In this document: piece after piece, positions 22,273 to 33,301 of the stretch
How the letters are laid out: each line of letters starts with the position of its first letter
Numbering within the stretch: position 1 is the stretch's first letter
The notes under the pieces: model-generated
The model's database searches: none
What the model was told of the DNA's origin: nothing
What the model saw: the letters and a program-made list of their open reading frames with translations, nothing else
From: an uncultured Gemmatimonadales bacterium
GTDB lineage: Bacteria; Gemmatimonadota; Gemmatimonadetes; Longimicrobiales; RSA9
Assembly (NCBI GenBank): GCA_963816355.1
Contig: CAWFKH010000003.1
Location: 384,001 to 448,000 of the forward strand
Length of the DNA: 64,000 nucleotides
Direction of reading: 5' to 3'
Made by a program: the position numbers and the translations under genes

Positions 22273-24324
22273 TCAGGTCCGTGCGATGTTCGGGGCGCTC
22301 TTTACCCTCGGCGCGCCGGCGGCGCGGCCGCTCGCGGCGAGCAACGCTTCGGCGAGCAGCGCGATCAGTGCCGCCACCAGCAGGGCGGGCCAGAGCTGGT
22401 ACCCGAGGCGGTCGCGGAAGATCGACCGGCGCCAGGCGCGCCGGTCGCCCGCGAAGTGGACCGCCTCGCCGCTCAGGCGCCGCTCCAGCGCGGCGCGGTC
22501 GATGCGCGCCAGCGGCGTCTCCGCAGGCGGCGGATTGGCCACCAGCAGGTCGAGCGTCGAGTCTGCCGCGAGCACGCGGTAGACGCCGGGCTCGAGCGGG
22601 CGGTAGGGGGCGCCGCCCTCCACCGGGAGGGGCGCCCCGCCGATCGGCGCCACGGCGCTCGCCGCGTCCGGAAGCGTGACCGCGTCTCCCACCGTCACCT
22701 CGCGCGCGGGCGTTCCGGTGGCCGTCCACGGTCCCAGCATGCGGTCGAGGAGCGGGATGAGAGCGGCCGACGTCGGCAGCGTCGTCGCGCTTCCGTTCAG
22801 CGGCGATGCGGCGACCAGGTAGATCCCGCCGCCGGGCGCGCGCCCCCGCACCAGCCACGGCTCTCCACTCGACAGCCGCACGAGCACCGAATCGTCGCGC
22901 GCCCCCGCACCCTCGCCGCCGAGCGGGTAGATGAGCCGCACGCGTGCGTCGCGCAGCGCGGACGCCAGCTCGGGATCCGCCGAGGTCGGCGCGAAGCGCG
23001 CCTCGCCGTTCGCCTGCGCCGCCGCGTACCGCCATGGAATCCCCGCCGCGGCGAGCCGCCGATTGGCCGCCGGCAGCTCCACCGCGCTGTCCGGCGGCAG
23101 GACGACCACCGCCGCCCCGCGCGCGACGGCGTCCGCTCCGACCGCCGCTGGCGCCACGACGGTCTCGCCGCCCTCGGCGGCGAACGGCGTGGAGATGGCG
23201 CCGGGTGCGGAGGCGGCGCCGGGTGTGGAGGCGCGGGGCGTGGAGGCGGCGCCAGCCGCACCGGCGGCCCCCGGCGCGGTCGGGGCGGCCGAACCTCGGA
23301 GCGCGATGCGGGCGGCGCCCGAAAGGACGGTGAGCGCCTCCTCGACGAAGGGCGCCGGCCGCGCGAGCGAGACGCGCGGCGCGGCGCGCACGGCGGCCGC
23401 GAAGTAGCGGCGGTCGTCACCGCGGAGCGCGTCCGGCTCGATCTCGACGTTCCCGACGAGGGCGCGTCGGGAGGGCGCGGAGAGCGACATTGTGAGGTCG
23501 GCGCCCGGACGGGCGAGGGCCGCCGCCGCCACCCGCCCGTCGACGCGAAGGCGGACCGGCACGGAATCGCGCGCCCCCTCGACGCGCACCACGACCGTGG
23601 TGCGCTCGCCGGCACGCGGCGCGAAGCCCCCCCCCAGAAGCACGGACGTGACACCGGCGTTGCGCGGCGGCGGCGCGGCGGGCGCCCACACGACGACGGG
23701 CGGTCCGCGCACGCCCGCCGGACCGCGGAAGGCCGTCGCTTGCAGGTCGCTGAGCAGCTCGATCTCCGGCGACCGCCGCTCGGCGCCGCCGGCGAGCAGG
23801 CCGCGCCCGCGCTCGATCGCGGCGCTCACGTCGCCGGCGCTGGCGGAGACCGTGGTTTCGCGCACGCGGGCGGCGATCGTGGCGGCGTCGCCGGCGGTCG
23901 CGGCGTCCCACGGCTGCGCCGCCTTCACGAGCCAGAAGCGGTCGTCCGGCCCCGCGTCGGCGAGAACGTCGAGCGCGCGCGCCTTCAGCTCGTCGAGGGT
24001 GCGGCGGCCTGCCACGATGGCGCCGCTGCTCAGCGAGTTGTCGAGGACGATCACGGCCGCGGTGGGGTGGTGGCCGGAGCCGCCGAGGCGGACGTACGGC
24101 CGCGCCGCCGCCAGGGCGAGGAACAGCAGCGCCGCGATGCGCAGGAGCATGAGCAGGAGCTGGCGGACGCGGATGCGGCGGGCGTTCTCGCGCTCGGCGC
24201 GTCGCAGGTAGCGCAGGGCGGGGAAGACCACGCGCGGCCCCTGGTGGCGCTGCAGCAGGTGGACCAGCAGCGGCACCGCCGCCGCGACGCCGAGCAGGAG
24301 GAACGCCGGCGAGAGGAAGCCCAT
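22273..24324 (-). CDS. BatA/vWA domain membrane-anchored protein
   Basis: FLSPAFLL..PLLVHLL..FPALRYL..AAARP; DNSLS MIDAS-like motif; C-terminal TM. Confidence 0.85.
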   Translation of the reverse strand: MGFLSPAFLLLGVAAAVPLLVHLLQRHQGPRVVFPALRYLRRAERENARRIRVRQLLLMLLRIAALLFLALAAARPYVRLGGSGHHPTAAVIVLDNSLSSGAIVAGRRTLDELKARALDVLADAGPDDRFWLVKAAQPWDAATAGDAATIAARVRETTVSASAGDVSAAIERGRGLLAGGAERRSPEIELLSDLQATAFRGPAGVRGPPVVVWAPAAPPPRNAGVTSVLLGGGFAPRAGERTTVVVRVEGARDSVPVRLRVDGRVAAAALARPGADLTMSLSAPSRRALVGNVEIEPDALRGDDRRYFAAAVRAAPRVSLARPAPFVEEALTVLSGAARIALRGSAAPTAPGAAGAAGAASTPRASTPGAASAPGAISTPFAAEGGETVVAPAAVGADAVARGAAVVVLPPDSAVELPAANRRLAAAGIPWRYAAAQANGEARFAPTSADPELASALRDARVRLIYPLGGEGAGARDDSVLVRLSSGEPWLVRGRAPGGGIYLVAASPLNGSATTLPTSAALIPLLDRMLGPWTATGTPAREVTVGDAVTLPDAASAVAPIGGAPLPVEGGAPYRPLEPGVYRVLAADSTLDLLVANPPPAETPLARIDRAALERRLSGEAVHFAGDRRAWRRSIFRDRLGYQLWPALLVAALIALLAEALLAASGRAAGAPRVKSAPNIART

Positions 24325-25241
24325 CAGCCGAGCCGTTCGCGCTTGTGCAGGTAGGCGCGCAGCGCGTGCACCATCGGCTGAGCGGTGTCCGCGACCACGT
24401 AGTCGACGCCCTGTGCACGCAGCTCGCGCTCCCACTCCGCGAGCGCGCGGGCGACGGCGTCGCGATATTCGCCGCGCAGGTCCGCCGTGGAGACCGGCAC
24501 CTCCTCGCCGCTCTCGGGATCGATGAAGCGCGCGTCCGCGAGCGAGGGCAGCTCGCGCTCGCCGGGATCGACGAGGTGGAAGACGAGCACCTCGTGGCCG
24601 CGGTGTCGCAGGAAGCGCAGCGCGACGCGCGTCTCCTCCGGCTCGACCAGAAGATCCGACAGGAGCACGACGAGGCCGCGGCGCCGCAGGCGGCCCGCCA
24701 CCTCGCGAAGCGCGCCGCCCGGCTCCGTCTCGCCGCCGGCGTGCAACGCGTCGAGCGAGCGCACGACCTCGTGCCAGTGGCGGCGGCCGCCGCGGGCGCG
24801 CACGTGCTCGCGGATGCGCGTGTCGAAGCCGACCATCCCGACGGCGTCGCCCTGGCGCGTGAGCACGAGCGCGAGGCTCGCCGCGAGCTGCTTCGCGTAC
24901 CACAGCTTCGGCGGCAGGTCCGGCGAGGAGCTCCATCCCATCGACGCGCTCACGTCCACGAGGAGGTAGGCGCGCAGGTTCGTCTCCGCCTCGTACTGCT
25001 TGACGTAGTAGCGGTCGGAGCGACCGAACATGCGCCAGTCGACGTAGCGCAGATCGTCGCCCGGCTGGTAGGCGCGGTGCTCCGCGAACTCGACCGAGAA
25101 GCCGCGGTGCGGCGAACGGTGCAGCCCCGCGACGAAGCCCTCGACGACCTCGCGCGCAGTGAGCTCGAGGCCGCCCAGCCTCGCGAGCTGCTGCGGATCG
25201 AGGAGGTCCGCCCGGCGGTGATCACGTGCGCTCGATTCCAT
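24324..25241 (-). CDS. DUF58 domain protein
   Basis: [34 protein letters not shown]. Confidence 0.92.
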   Translation of the reverse strand: MESSARDHRRADLLDPQQLARLGGLELTAREVVEGFVAGLHRSPHRGFSVEFAEHRAYQPGDDLRYVDWRMFGRSDRYYVKQYEAETNLRAYLLVDVSASMGWSSSPDLPPKLWYAKQLAASLALVLTRQGDAVGMVGFDTRIREHVRARGGRRHWHEVVRSLDALHAGGETEPGGALREVAGRLRRRGLVVLLSDLLVEPEETRVALRFLRHRGHEVLVFHLVDPGERELPSLADARFIDPESGEEVPVSTADLRGEYRDAVARALAEWERELRAQGVDYVVADTAQPMVHALRAYLHKRERLG

Positions 25242-25457
25242 GGCCTATTCTACGGCGCCCGGTCGAAGAGGTGCCAGGTCACGCGGCCTGGGCACCGCCG
25301 GAACGCCCCCTGCGCGCCGCGGCCGCGCGAGGAGCACGGATGGCGCGGCGAGAGAGGACAGGTTGCGCGCGAAGGCGAAACCGACGAACTCTATGTCGTC
25401 GCGAACAACCAGCCATTACCGCGCCGCCCTCGCCGGGCGCGCCACCAGGGGGAAGGA

Positions 25458-25640
25458 ATGAGCTTCGTCTCCAGCGTACTGCTGCTCGCAGCCATGGCTT
25501 CCGGAGTCGCCGTCCCGATATTCTTCGGCCACGCGCTCGCCACCGGCGAGGTGCGCTGGTACATCGCCGCTGCCATCGCGCTGGCCCTCTCCGCGCTGCT
25601 GATGCTCAGCACGCGCGCGGTCGCGTCGCGCAGGAGCTGA
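25458..25640 (+). CDS. Small 2-TM membrane protein (60 aa)
   Basis: GGAAGG RBS, two hydrophobic helices. Confidence 0.55.
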   Translation: MSFVSSVLLLAAMASGVAVPIFFGHALATGEVRWYIAAAIALALSALLMLSTRAVASRRS

Positions 25641-25756
25641 GCCGCGGGACCACGCCTCCGGGCGGAGCGCCGCCGGCGATTGATCCAGGGCGGTCCTTCG
25701 GCTTACATTTGGGGATCTCCGGACCGTCCGAATTCCAGCGAGTGGGAATCGCCCGC

Positions 25757-27556
<1,800 letters not shown>

Positions 27557-27558
27557 CG

Positions 27559-28647
27559 GTGCGCGACGACGCGCGCGCCGCCGCCTCGGAGGCCGACACC
27601 GGCCCCGATCGCGCCGGCACCGTCGTGCGCCTGCCGAACCACCTCGGCGACCTCGTCCTCGCGCTGCCCGCCGTGGCGGCGCTCGCGCCGGAGGCCGTCG
27701 TGGTGCGCCACGGGCTGGCGAGCCTCGCGTCGCTCGCCCAGCCGGGCCACGTCATCCCGCTGCTGCCGGGGCCGGCCGGCGCCGCCCGCGTGGTCCGCCG
27801 GCTGCGGGCCGAGCGCCCGCGCCGCGGCGTGGTGCTGCCGCGCTCCTTCTCCTCCGCGCTGCTATTCGCAGCGGGCGGGGTGCCGGAGCGGCGCGGCGTG
27901 GACGCGGACGGGCGGCGCAGGCTCCTGACCGATCCGGTCCCGGCGAGCGAGACGGAGGGCGTCCACCGGGCGGAGGCGTTCTGGCGCATCGCCCTCGGCG
28001 AGGCGCCACCCGCGCCGCCGGTGCCGCGCGTCGCCGTCCCCGACGGGCTGAGCGCGCAGTGGCGCGACATCGTCGGCCCCCATCCGGACGGCCCCACCGT
28101 CGGCGTGGTGCCCGGTGGCACGGCGTCTTCACGGCGCTGGGATCCATACCGCTTCGCGACGCTGGCGCAGCGGCTCGCCGGGCAGGGCGCGCGCGTCGTC
28201 GTCTTCGGCGGCCCCGAGGAGCGGGACCTGACGGAGGCGGTCGCCGGGACGTGGGCGCTCGACGCGGGCGGCCGCACGGACCTGCCGATGCTCGCCGCCG
28301 CGCTCGCGGCGTGCGACGTCGTCGTCGGCAACGACACCGGCTCGCTGCACCTCGCGGCCGCCGTCGGCGCGCGCACGATCTCGCTGTGGGGCGCGGGGGA
28401 CCCGGCGGAGACCGGCCCGCTGGGCGAGGCGAACGAGCTGATTCGGCGCGCGGATCTGCCGTGCGTGCCGTGCCGGCGCAACGTTTGCCCGCGCTCCGGA
28501 TCCGGCTACGTGCTGCCGGGCGCGGACCGGGAGTGCCTGCGCCTGATCCGCATCGACGCGGTGGGCGACGCGGTGGCCTCCGCCGTCGACCTGCCGCGGC
28601 GCCGCGACTTCACCCGCTCGGAGGGGCTCGATGACGTCATCGCCTGA
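27559..28647 (+). CDS. Glycosyltransferase family 9 (LPS heptosyltransferase-like)
   Basis: LPNHLGD, PRSFSSAL, GNDTGSLHLAAA, CVPC. Confidence 0.88.
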   Translation: MRDDARAAASEADTGPDRAGTVVRLPNHLGDLVLALPAVAALAPEAVVVRHGLASLASLAQPGHVIPLLPGPAGAARVVRRLRAERPRRGVVLPRSFSSALLFAAGGVPERRGVDADGRRRLLTDPVPASETEGVHRAEAFWRIALGEAPPAPPVPRVAVPDGLSAQWRDIVGPHPDGPTVGVVPGGTASSRRWDPYRFATLAQRLAGQGARVVVFGGPEERDLTEAVAGTWALDAGGRTDLPMLAAALAACDVVVGNDTGSLHLAAAVGARTISLWGAGDPAETGPLGEANELIRRADLPCVPCRRNVCPRSGSGYVLPGADRECLRLIRIDAVGDAVASAVDLPRRRDFTRSEGLDDVIA

Positions 28648-29638
28648 CAAGAAGTGGCTCGTGGGCGTCGACCTCGGCGGGACGAACATCGTGGTGGGCG
28701 TGCTGCCGATCGAGGGTGGGGATGGCTCCGTGCTCGCGCTGCGCTCGCTCCCGACGGAGGCGAGCCGCGGCGCCAAGTTCGTGGTCGATCGGATCGCCGC
28801 GATGATCGAGGAGGCGATCGCGCGTGTCCTCGAGGAGCGCGGCGGCGTGCGCGGGGACGTGGCGGGGATCGGAATCGGCTCGCCGGGCCCGCTCGACCGC
28901 GCGACCGGCACGATCATCAACACGCCGAACCTCGGCTGGCGCAACTTTCCGCTGCGCGACCTGATCGCCAACGCGGCGGCGCTGCCCACGCATCTCGACA
29001 ACGACGCGAACTGCGCGACGTATGGCGAGTGGTGGCTCGGCGCGGGCCGCGACGTGGCCACGCTCGTCGGACTCACCATCGGGACCGGCATCGGGGGCGG
29101 CATCGTGCTCGATGGCGAGATCTTCCACGGCGTCACCGACTCCGCGGGCGAGATCGGTCACATGACGATCGACTCGACCGGCCGCAAGTGCAAATGCGGC
29201 AACTACGGCTGTCTCGAGGCGTATGCCTCCGGTCCGGCGATCGCGCTGCGCGCCGCGGAGGGGATCGAGGCGGGGGCCGCGAGCATGCTCTCGGACCTCG
29301 TCGGCGGCCGCCTCGAGGAGATCACCGCCGCGACGGTCTACGAGGCGGTGATCCTCGGCGATCCGTACGCGAACGACGTGATGCGCGAGACCGCCAAGTT
29401 CCTCGGGACCGGCGTCGCCAGCATCGTCAACGTGCTGAACCCGGAGATGGTCGTGATCACGGGCGGCGTCACGCGCGCGGGCGACCACCTCTTCGTGCCG
29501 CTGCGCGCGGAGGTGAGGCGGCGCGCCTTCCGCAGCTCCGAGGAGGCGTGCCGCATCGTGCCGGCGCAGCTTCAGGGTACCGCGGGCGTGATCGGCGCGG
29601 CGGCGGTGTTCAAACACGCGACCTACGGCGCGGTATGA
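28631..29638 (+). CDS. ROK family sugar kinase (glucokinase-like)
   Basis: GVDLGGT, NDANCA, GTGIGGG, GEIGH, CKCGNYGCLE. Confidence 0.93.
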   Translation: MTSSPDKKWLVGVDLGGTNIVVGVLPIEGGDGSVLALRSLPTEASRGAKFVVDRIAAMIEEAIARVLEERGGVRGDVAGIGIGSPGPLDRATGTIINTPNLGWRNFPLRDLIANAAALPTHLDNDANCATYGEWWLGAGRDVATLVGLTIGTGIGGGIVLDGEIFHGVTDSAGEIGHMTIDSTGRKCKCGNYGCLEAYASGPAIALRAAEGIEAGAASMLSDLVGGRLEEITAATVYEAVILGDPYANDVMRETAKFLGTGVASIVNVLNPEMVVITGGVTRAGDHLFVPLRAEVRRRAFRSSEEACRIVPAQLQGTAGVIGAAAVFKHATYGAV

Positions 29639-30633
29639 AGCGGCTCGGCGTCGTCGGCACGCTGGTGTGGGACCGCATCCACGCCCGCGACGCGCGCGCC
29701 ACCCCGGTCGAGGAGTGGGGCGGGATCGCCTACGCGCTGGCGGCGGCGAGCGCGGCGCTGCCGGCGGATTGGAGCGTCGTCCCGCTGGTCCAGGTGGGGC
29801 GCGACATGGGGGAGCGCGCGCACGAGTTCCTCCGCGCGCAGCCCGGGCTCGTGATCGGTCGGGGCGTACGCGTCGTGGACGAGCCGAACAATCGCGTGGA
29901 GCTGCGCTACCAGGACCGCGAGCGGCGCTGCGAGCGGCTGAGCGGCGGCGTGCCGCCGTGGCGGTGGGAGGACCTGGCACCGCTCCTGGAAGGCCTCGAT
30001 GCGCTCTACGTCAACTTCATCTCCGGCTTCGAGATGGAGCTCGAGACGGCGATACGGCTGCGGCTCGGCTTCCGCGGCCCGATCTACGCCGACATCCACT
30101 CGCTGCTGCTCGGCGTCGGCGGCGACGGCACGCGCGTGCCGAGGCCGCTGGAGCGCTGGCGGGAGTGGCTGCGCTGCTTCGACATCGTGCAGATGAACGA
30201 GGACGAGCTCGCGCTGCTCGCCGGGGCGTGGGGCGGCGATCCGTGGCGCTTCGCGGCGGAGGTCGTGGGATCGGAGCCGCGCGCGCTCCTCGTCACGTTG
30301 AGCGAGCGCGGCTCCGCCTACGTCGCGTCCTCCGCCTTCCGCCCCGATCCGCTCGCCTGGCACCCCGGCGGGCTCGCCGCGGCGCCCCTCGCCGCGGCCG
30401 CCGGCCCGGTGCGTAGCGAGCGCGTGCCGGTGCCCGTGGCGCTGCTGGACGTCGCCGATCCGGACCCGACCGGCTGCGGCGACGTGTGGGGCGCGACCTG
30501 CTGCCTCCGGCTTCTCGCCGGCGACGCGCTCGAGGAGGCGATGCTGGCCGCGAACGCGGCGGCCGCCCGCAACGTGCGCCACCGCGGTGCGACCGGCCTG
30601 GACCTCCACCTGAGGGGACGGATCCACACGTGA
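29635..30633 (+). CDS. PfkB/ribokinase-family carbohydrate kinase
   Basis: WGGIAY, QMNEDE, DPTGCGDVW. Confidence 0.82.
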   Translation: MKRLGVVGTLVWDRIHARDARATPVEEWGGIAYALAAASAALPADWSVVPLVQVGRDMGERAHEFLRAQPGLVIGRGVRVVDEPNNRVELRYQDRERRCERLSGGVPPWRWEDLAPLLEGLDALYVNFISGFEMELETAIRLRLGFRGPIYADIHSLLLGVGGDGTRVPRPLERWREWLRCFDIVQMNEDELALLAGAWGGDPWRFAAEVVGSEPRALLVTLSERGSAYVASSAFRPDPLAWHPGGLAAAPLAAAAGPVRSERVPVPVALLDVADPDPTGCGDVWGATCCLRLLAGDALEEAMLAANAAAARNVRHRGATGLDLHLRGRIHT

Positions 30634-31556
30634 AGGTGATCACGGTTCCCGCGACGCTCGAGGAGCGCTCCGCCGAGAGCGTGTTCCAGCAGCTGGCGGA
30701 GCTCGGCGATGCGCGCGCGCTGATCGACGCGAGAGCAATGCGCTGGTGCGATCCGTTCGGGATGCTGACGCTCCTCGCGGCCGGTGAAGTGGCGGGGCGC
30801 GGCCGGGAACGGCCGCTGCTCCGCGTCCCCGAGTCCGCCGAGGTGACCGGCTACCTGGCGCGCATGGAGTTCTTCACCCACGCCGGCGCGACCTACGAGC
30901 TGGACCGCGCGCCGCGGCGCGGGCGCGACTCCGTCTCCGACGTGCTGCTCGAGATCACCGCCGTCCGCTCCCACGACGATGTCCACGCCGTGGTCGATCG
31001 CGTCCAGGACCGCGCGGGCGCGATCCTCACCCGCCAGCTCCGCTATCCGATGGCGGCGGCGGTCCAGTTCAGCGTCGTGCTCTCGGAGGTGTGCCAGAAC
31101 ATCATCGAGCACGCGCAGTCGCACGGCTGGGTGGCGACGCAGACGTACGCGCGGACGCCGCGCCTGGACCGCCGCGTCGTCCGCATCGCCGTCTTCGACC
31201 TCGGTGTCGGGTTCCGCGGCTCGCTCGCCCCGGAGCACGCCGCCCGCTTCGCCGACCGGTGGAGCGACGCCACGGCGCTGGAAGCGGCGTTCATCCACGG
31301 GCTCACCCGCTTCCACGATCCCGGCCGCGGCCAGGGGCTGCAGCAGATCCGCAAGGCAGTCGGCCGGTGGGGCGGCCGGATGGCGATCCGCAGCGGGACG
31401 GCCCGCATCGCCGACGTGCCGCCGTGGGACGACGCGGTGCCGATGGAGGAGCATCTCGCGCCCTTCCCCGGCGCCCAGATCGCGATCGACCTGCCGGCCG
31501 CCGAGCCGGCCGCGGGCGGTGCCGACCGGCCGACGAAGGCGGAGGGCGCCGCATGA
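30630..31556 (+). CDS. STAS-like domain + GHKL/HATPase (anti-sigma-type kinase-like) protein
   Basis: LIDARAMRWCDPFG; N box SEVCQNIIEHA, G1 DLGVGF, G2 GRGQGL. Confidence 0.75.
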   Translation: MKVITVPATLEERSAESVFQQLAELGDARALIDARAMRWCDPFGMLTLLAAGEVAGRGRERPLLRVPESAEVTGYLARMEFFTHAGATYELDRAPRRGRDSVSDVLLEITAVRSHDDVHAVVDRVQDRAGAILTRQLRYPMAAAVQFSVVLSEVCQNIIEHAQSHGWVATQTYARTPRLDRRVVRIAVFDLGVGFRGSLAPEHAARFADRWSDATALEAAFIHGLTRFHDPGRGQGLQQIRKAVGRWGGRMAIRSGTARIADVPPWDDAVPMEEHLAPFPGAQIAIDLPAAEPAAGGADRPTKAEGAA

Positions 31557-32155
31557 GGGAGCCCGGCGACGTCGTCCCGCTGCGCATCGACCTCTCGGCG
31601 ATGGTGAAGCGCTCCGTCGCGACGCTCTACTCGAACCTCGTCACGCGCCCGACCGGACAGGCGCTACGCCTCGGCATCGAGACGCAGATCCGCGAGGCGG
31701 GCACGCCCTGCCTCTCCGTTCTCGACTTCCGCCAGGTGCTCGTGATGGACTACAGCTGCGCCGACGAGGCGGTCGCGAAGCTGCTGCTGCGTTACCTGCG
31801 GGCGGATTCGGGGCTCGACGCGTACTTCGTGGCTCGCGGGGTGGCGGAGCGGCACCTCGAGACGATCGAGGCGGTGTTGGGGCGGCACGGACTCGCGCTG
31901 GTGGCGGACATCGACGGCGTGGGGCTCGCGCTCCTCGGTCCGCTCTCCGACCTCGAGCGCAGGGCGTGGCAGGCGATCGAGCGCGCGCGCAGCTGCGACG
32001 CCGTCGTCGCGGCCGAGGATCTCGAAGCCGACGCGACGGAGGTCGCGCGGGCGCTCGAGGCGCTCGCAGCGCGCCGGCTGCTGCTCAGGACCGCGGCCGA
32101 GCGTCCCACCTACTTCGCGCTCAGCGTCTTCCTCCCCTCCGAGCCGCCGGGCTGA
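31553..32155 (+). CDS. STAS-like domain + winged helix protein
   Basis: LDFRQVLVMDYSCADE; C-terminal LSDLERRAWQAI..EVARALEALAARRLL. Confidence 0.65.
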   Translation: MREPGDVVPLRIDLSAMVKRSVATLYSNLVTRPTGQALRLGIETQIREAGTPCLSVLDFRQVLVMDYSCADEAVAKLLLRYLRADSGLDAYFVARGVAERHLETIEAVLGRHGLALVADIDGVGLALLGPLSDLERRAWQAIERARSCDAVVAAEDLEADATEVARALEALAARRLLLRTAAERPTYFALSVFLPSEPPG

Positions 32156-32185
32156 GGGCTCCGGCCCCCCTGCGGGGGCTCCCGA

Positions 32186-33121
32186 TCAGCCGAGGCTGCG
32201 CTCGATGACCCGGTTCGTCGCCTTCAGCACGGCGAGCGCCGCCGCGGTCGTGACGTCGCCTTCGACCGGGTGCGCGCCGACCAGCGGAACGGGCCGCCGC
32301 CCGAGCCACTGCGCGACCGCCAGCACGGAGACCAGCACGTAGTCGCGCTCGAGCGCGCGCGACACCGAAGCCGCTTCCAGCTCGAAGCGCGTGCGGCCTT
32401 CGCAGGCCGCGGTGGCGGCACGCACCACTGCGGCGGCCGCGGCGCGCGCGCGGCCGTGCCCCGCGTCGACCTCGGTGCCATCGCCCACGTACTCCTGGTC
32501 GCGCCACCAGAGGCGCGCCCGCACCGAAACCCGCGCGTCGCGAGCGCTCGTCTCCAGCCCGTCGTAGACGAGCCGGCCGGCGCCCTGCTCGGCGGCGCCG
32601 CCGGCCAGCGTGGCCGCGGCGGCGCCTCGCCCCGCCGGCGCCGCCTGCTCCGGCGCGCGGGCGCGCGGGCGCGCCCCAGGCATGGGCGCCGCCGGAGCGG
32701 CGATGGGCCGGTCCGGCTGGTGCTCGGCCGGCTGGTGCTCGGCCGTGGCGGGCTCGGCCGGGGCGGGCTCGGCTGCGGCCGGCGCGGCGCCGGTCCCCTG
32801 GGGGCCTTCGGCGGATGCGTCGGCCGGCGGCGCTGCGGCCGATGGCGCCTCGGCCGGTCCGCCGTGTTCGCCGATGTCGAACGGTCCCGCCTCGGAGAGC
32901 TGCGCGATGCTGATGATGCGCTGATCGATCTCCATGTCGAGCCGCTCCTCGAGAAGGGAGCGGACATCGTGGGCGAGGTCGCGCGCGCTGGAGACGCCGC
33001 GGACGAGGAGATGCACTTCGCGGGGGCGTCCCATCACGTCTTCGCGCACACACGCGCCGATGACGGACGGCAGCTCCCGCAGCACGGCCTCGGCGACGTG
33101 CTTGGTCTGGGCTCGCTTCAT
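32186..33121 (-). CDS. Hypothetical protein with Pro/Ala linker and LeuA-regulatory-like C-terminus
   Basis: IDQRIISIAQ; ends AAALAVLKATNRVI. Confidence 0.7.
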   Translation of the reverse strand: MKRAQTKHVAEAVLRELPSVIGACVREDVMGRPREVHLLVRGVSSARDLAHDVRSLLEERLDMEIDQRIISIAQLSEAGPFDIGEHGGPAEAPSAAAPPADASAEGPQGTGAAPAAAEPAPAEPATAEHQPAEHQPDRPIAAPAAPMPGARPRARAPEQAAPAGRGAAAATLAGGAAEQGAGRLVYDGLETSARDARVSVRARLWWRDQEYVGDGTEVDAGHGRARAAAAAVVRAATAACEGRTRFELEAASVSRALERDYVLVSVLAVAQWLGRRPVPLVGAHPVEGDVTTAAALAVLKATNRVIERSLG

Positions 33122-33301
33122 TCCGGTTTCAAATATGGCGAATAAGGAGGGGAGGGTAGTGGACAATGCCATATTGACCCGGTCGCGTCAAGAGGCACGG
33201 CCGTTGCTGCGCTCCACGCCGTCGCGTAAGCTTTCCGGCGACACGACGGCGCACCGGCGCGTCGTCGGGCGCGCGAGTCGGGGATCGGGAGGTCGGGCGA
33301 G

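Noticed and set aside
30630..32155. Anti-phage defence system
   Set aside because: No nuclease, PIN or PRTase effector adjacent; embedded in a housekeeping operon with typical composition
33174..33191. FNR/CRP site
   Set aside because: Spacing TTGAC-N8-GTCAA does not fit TTGAT-N4-ATCAA
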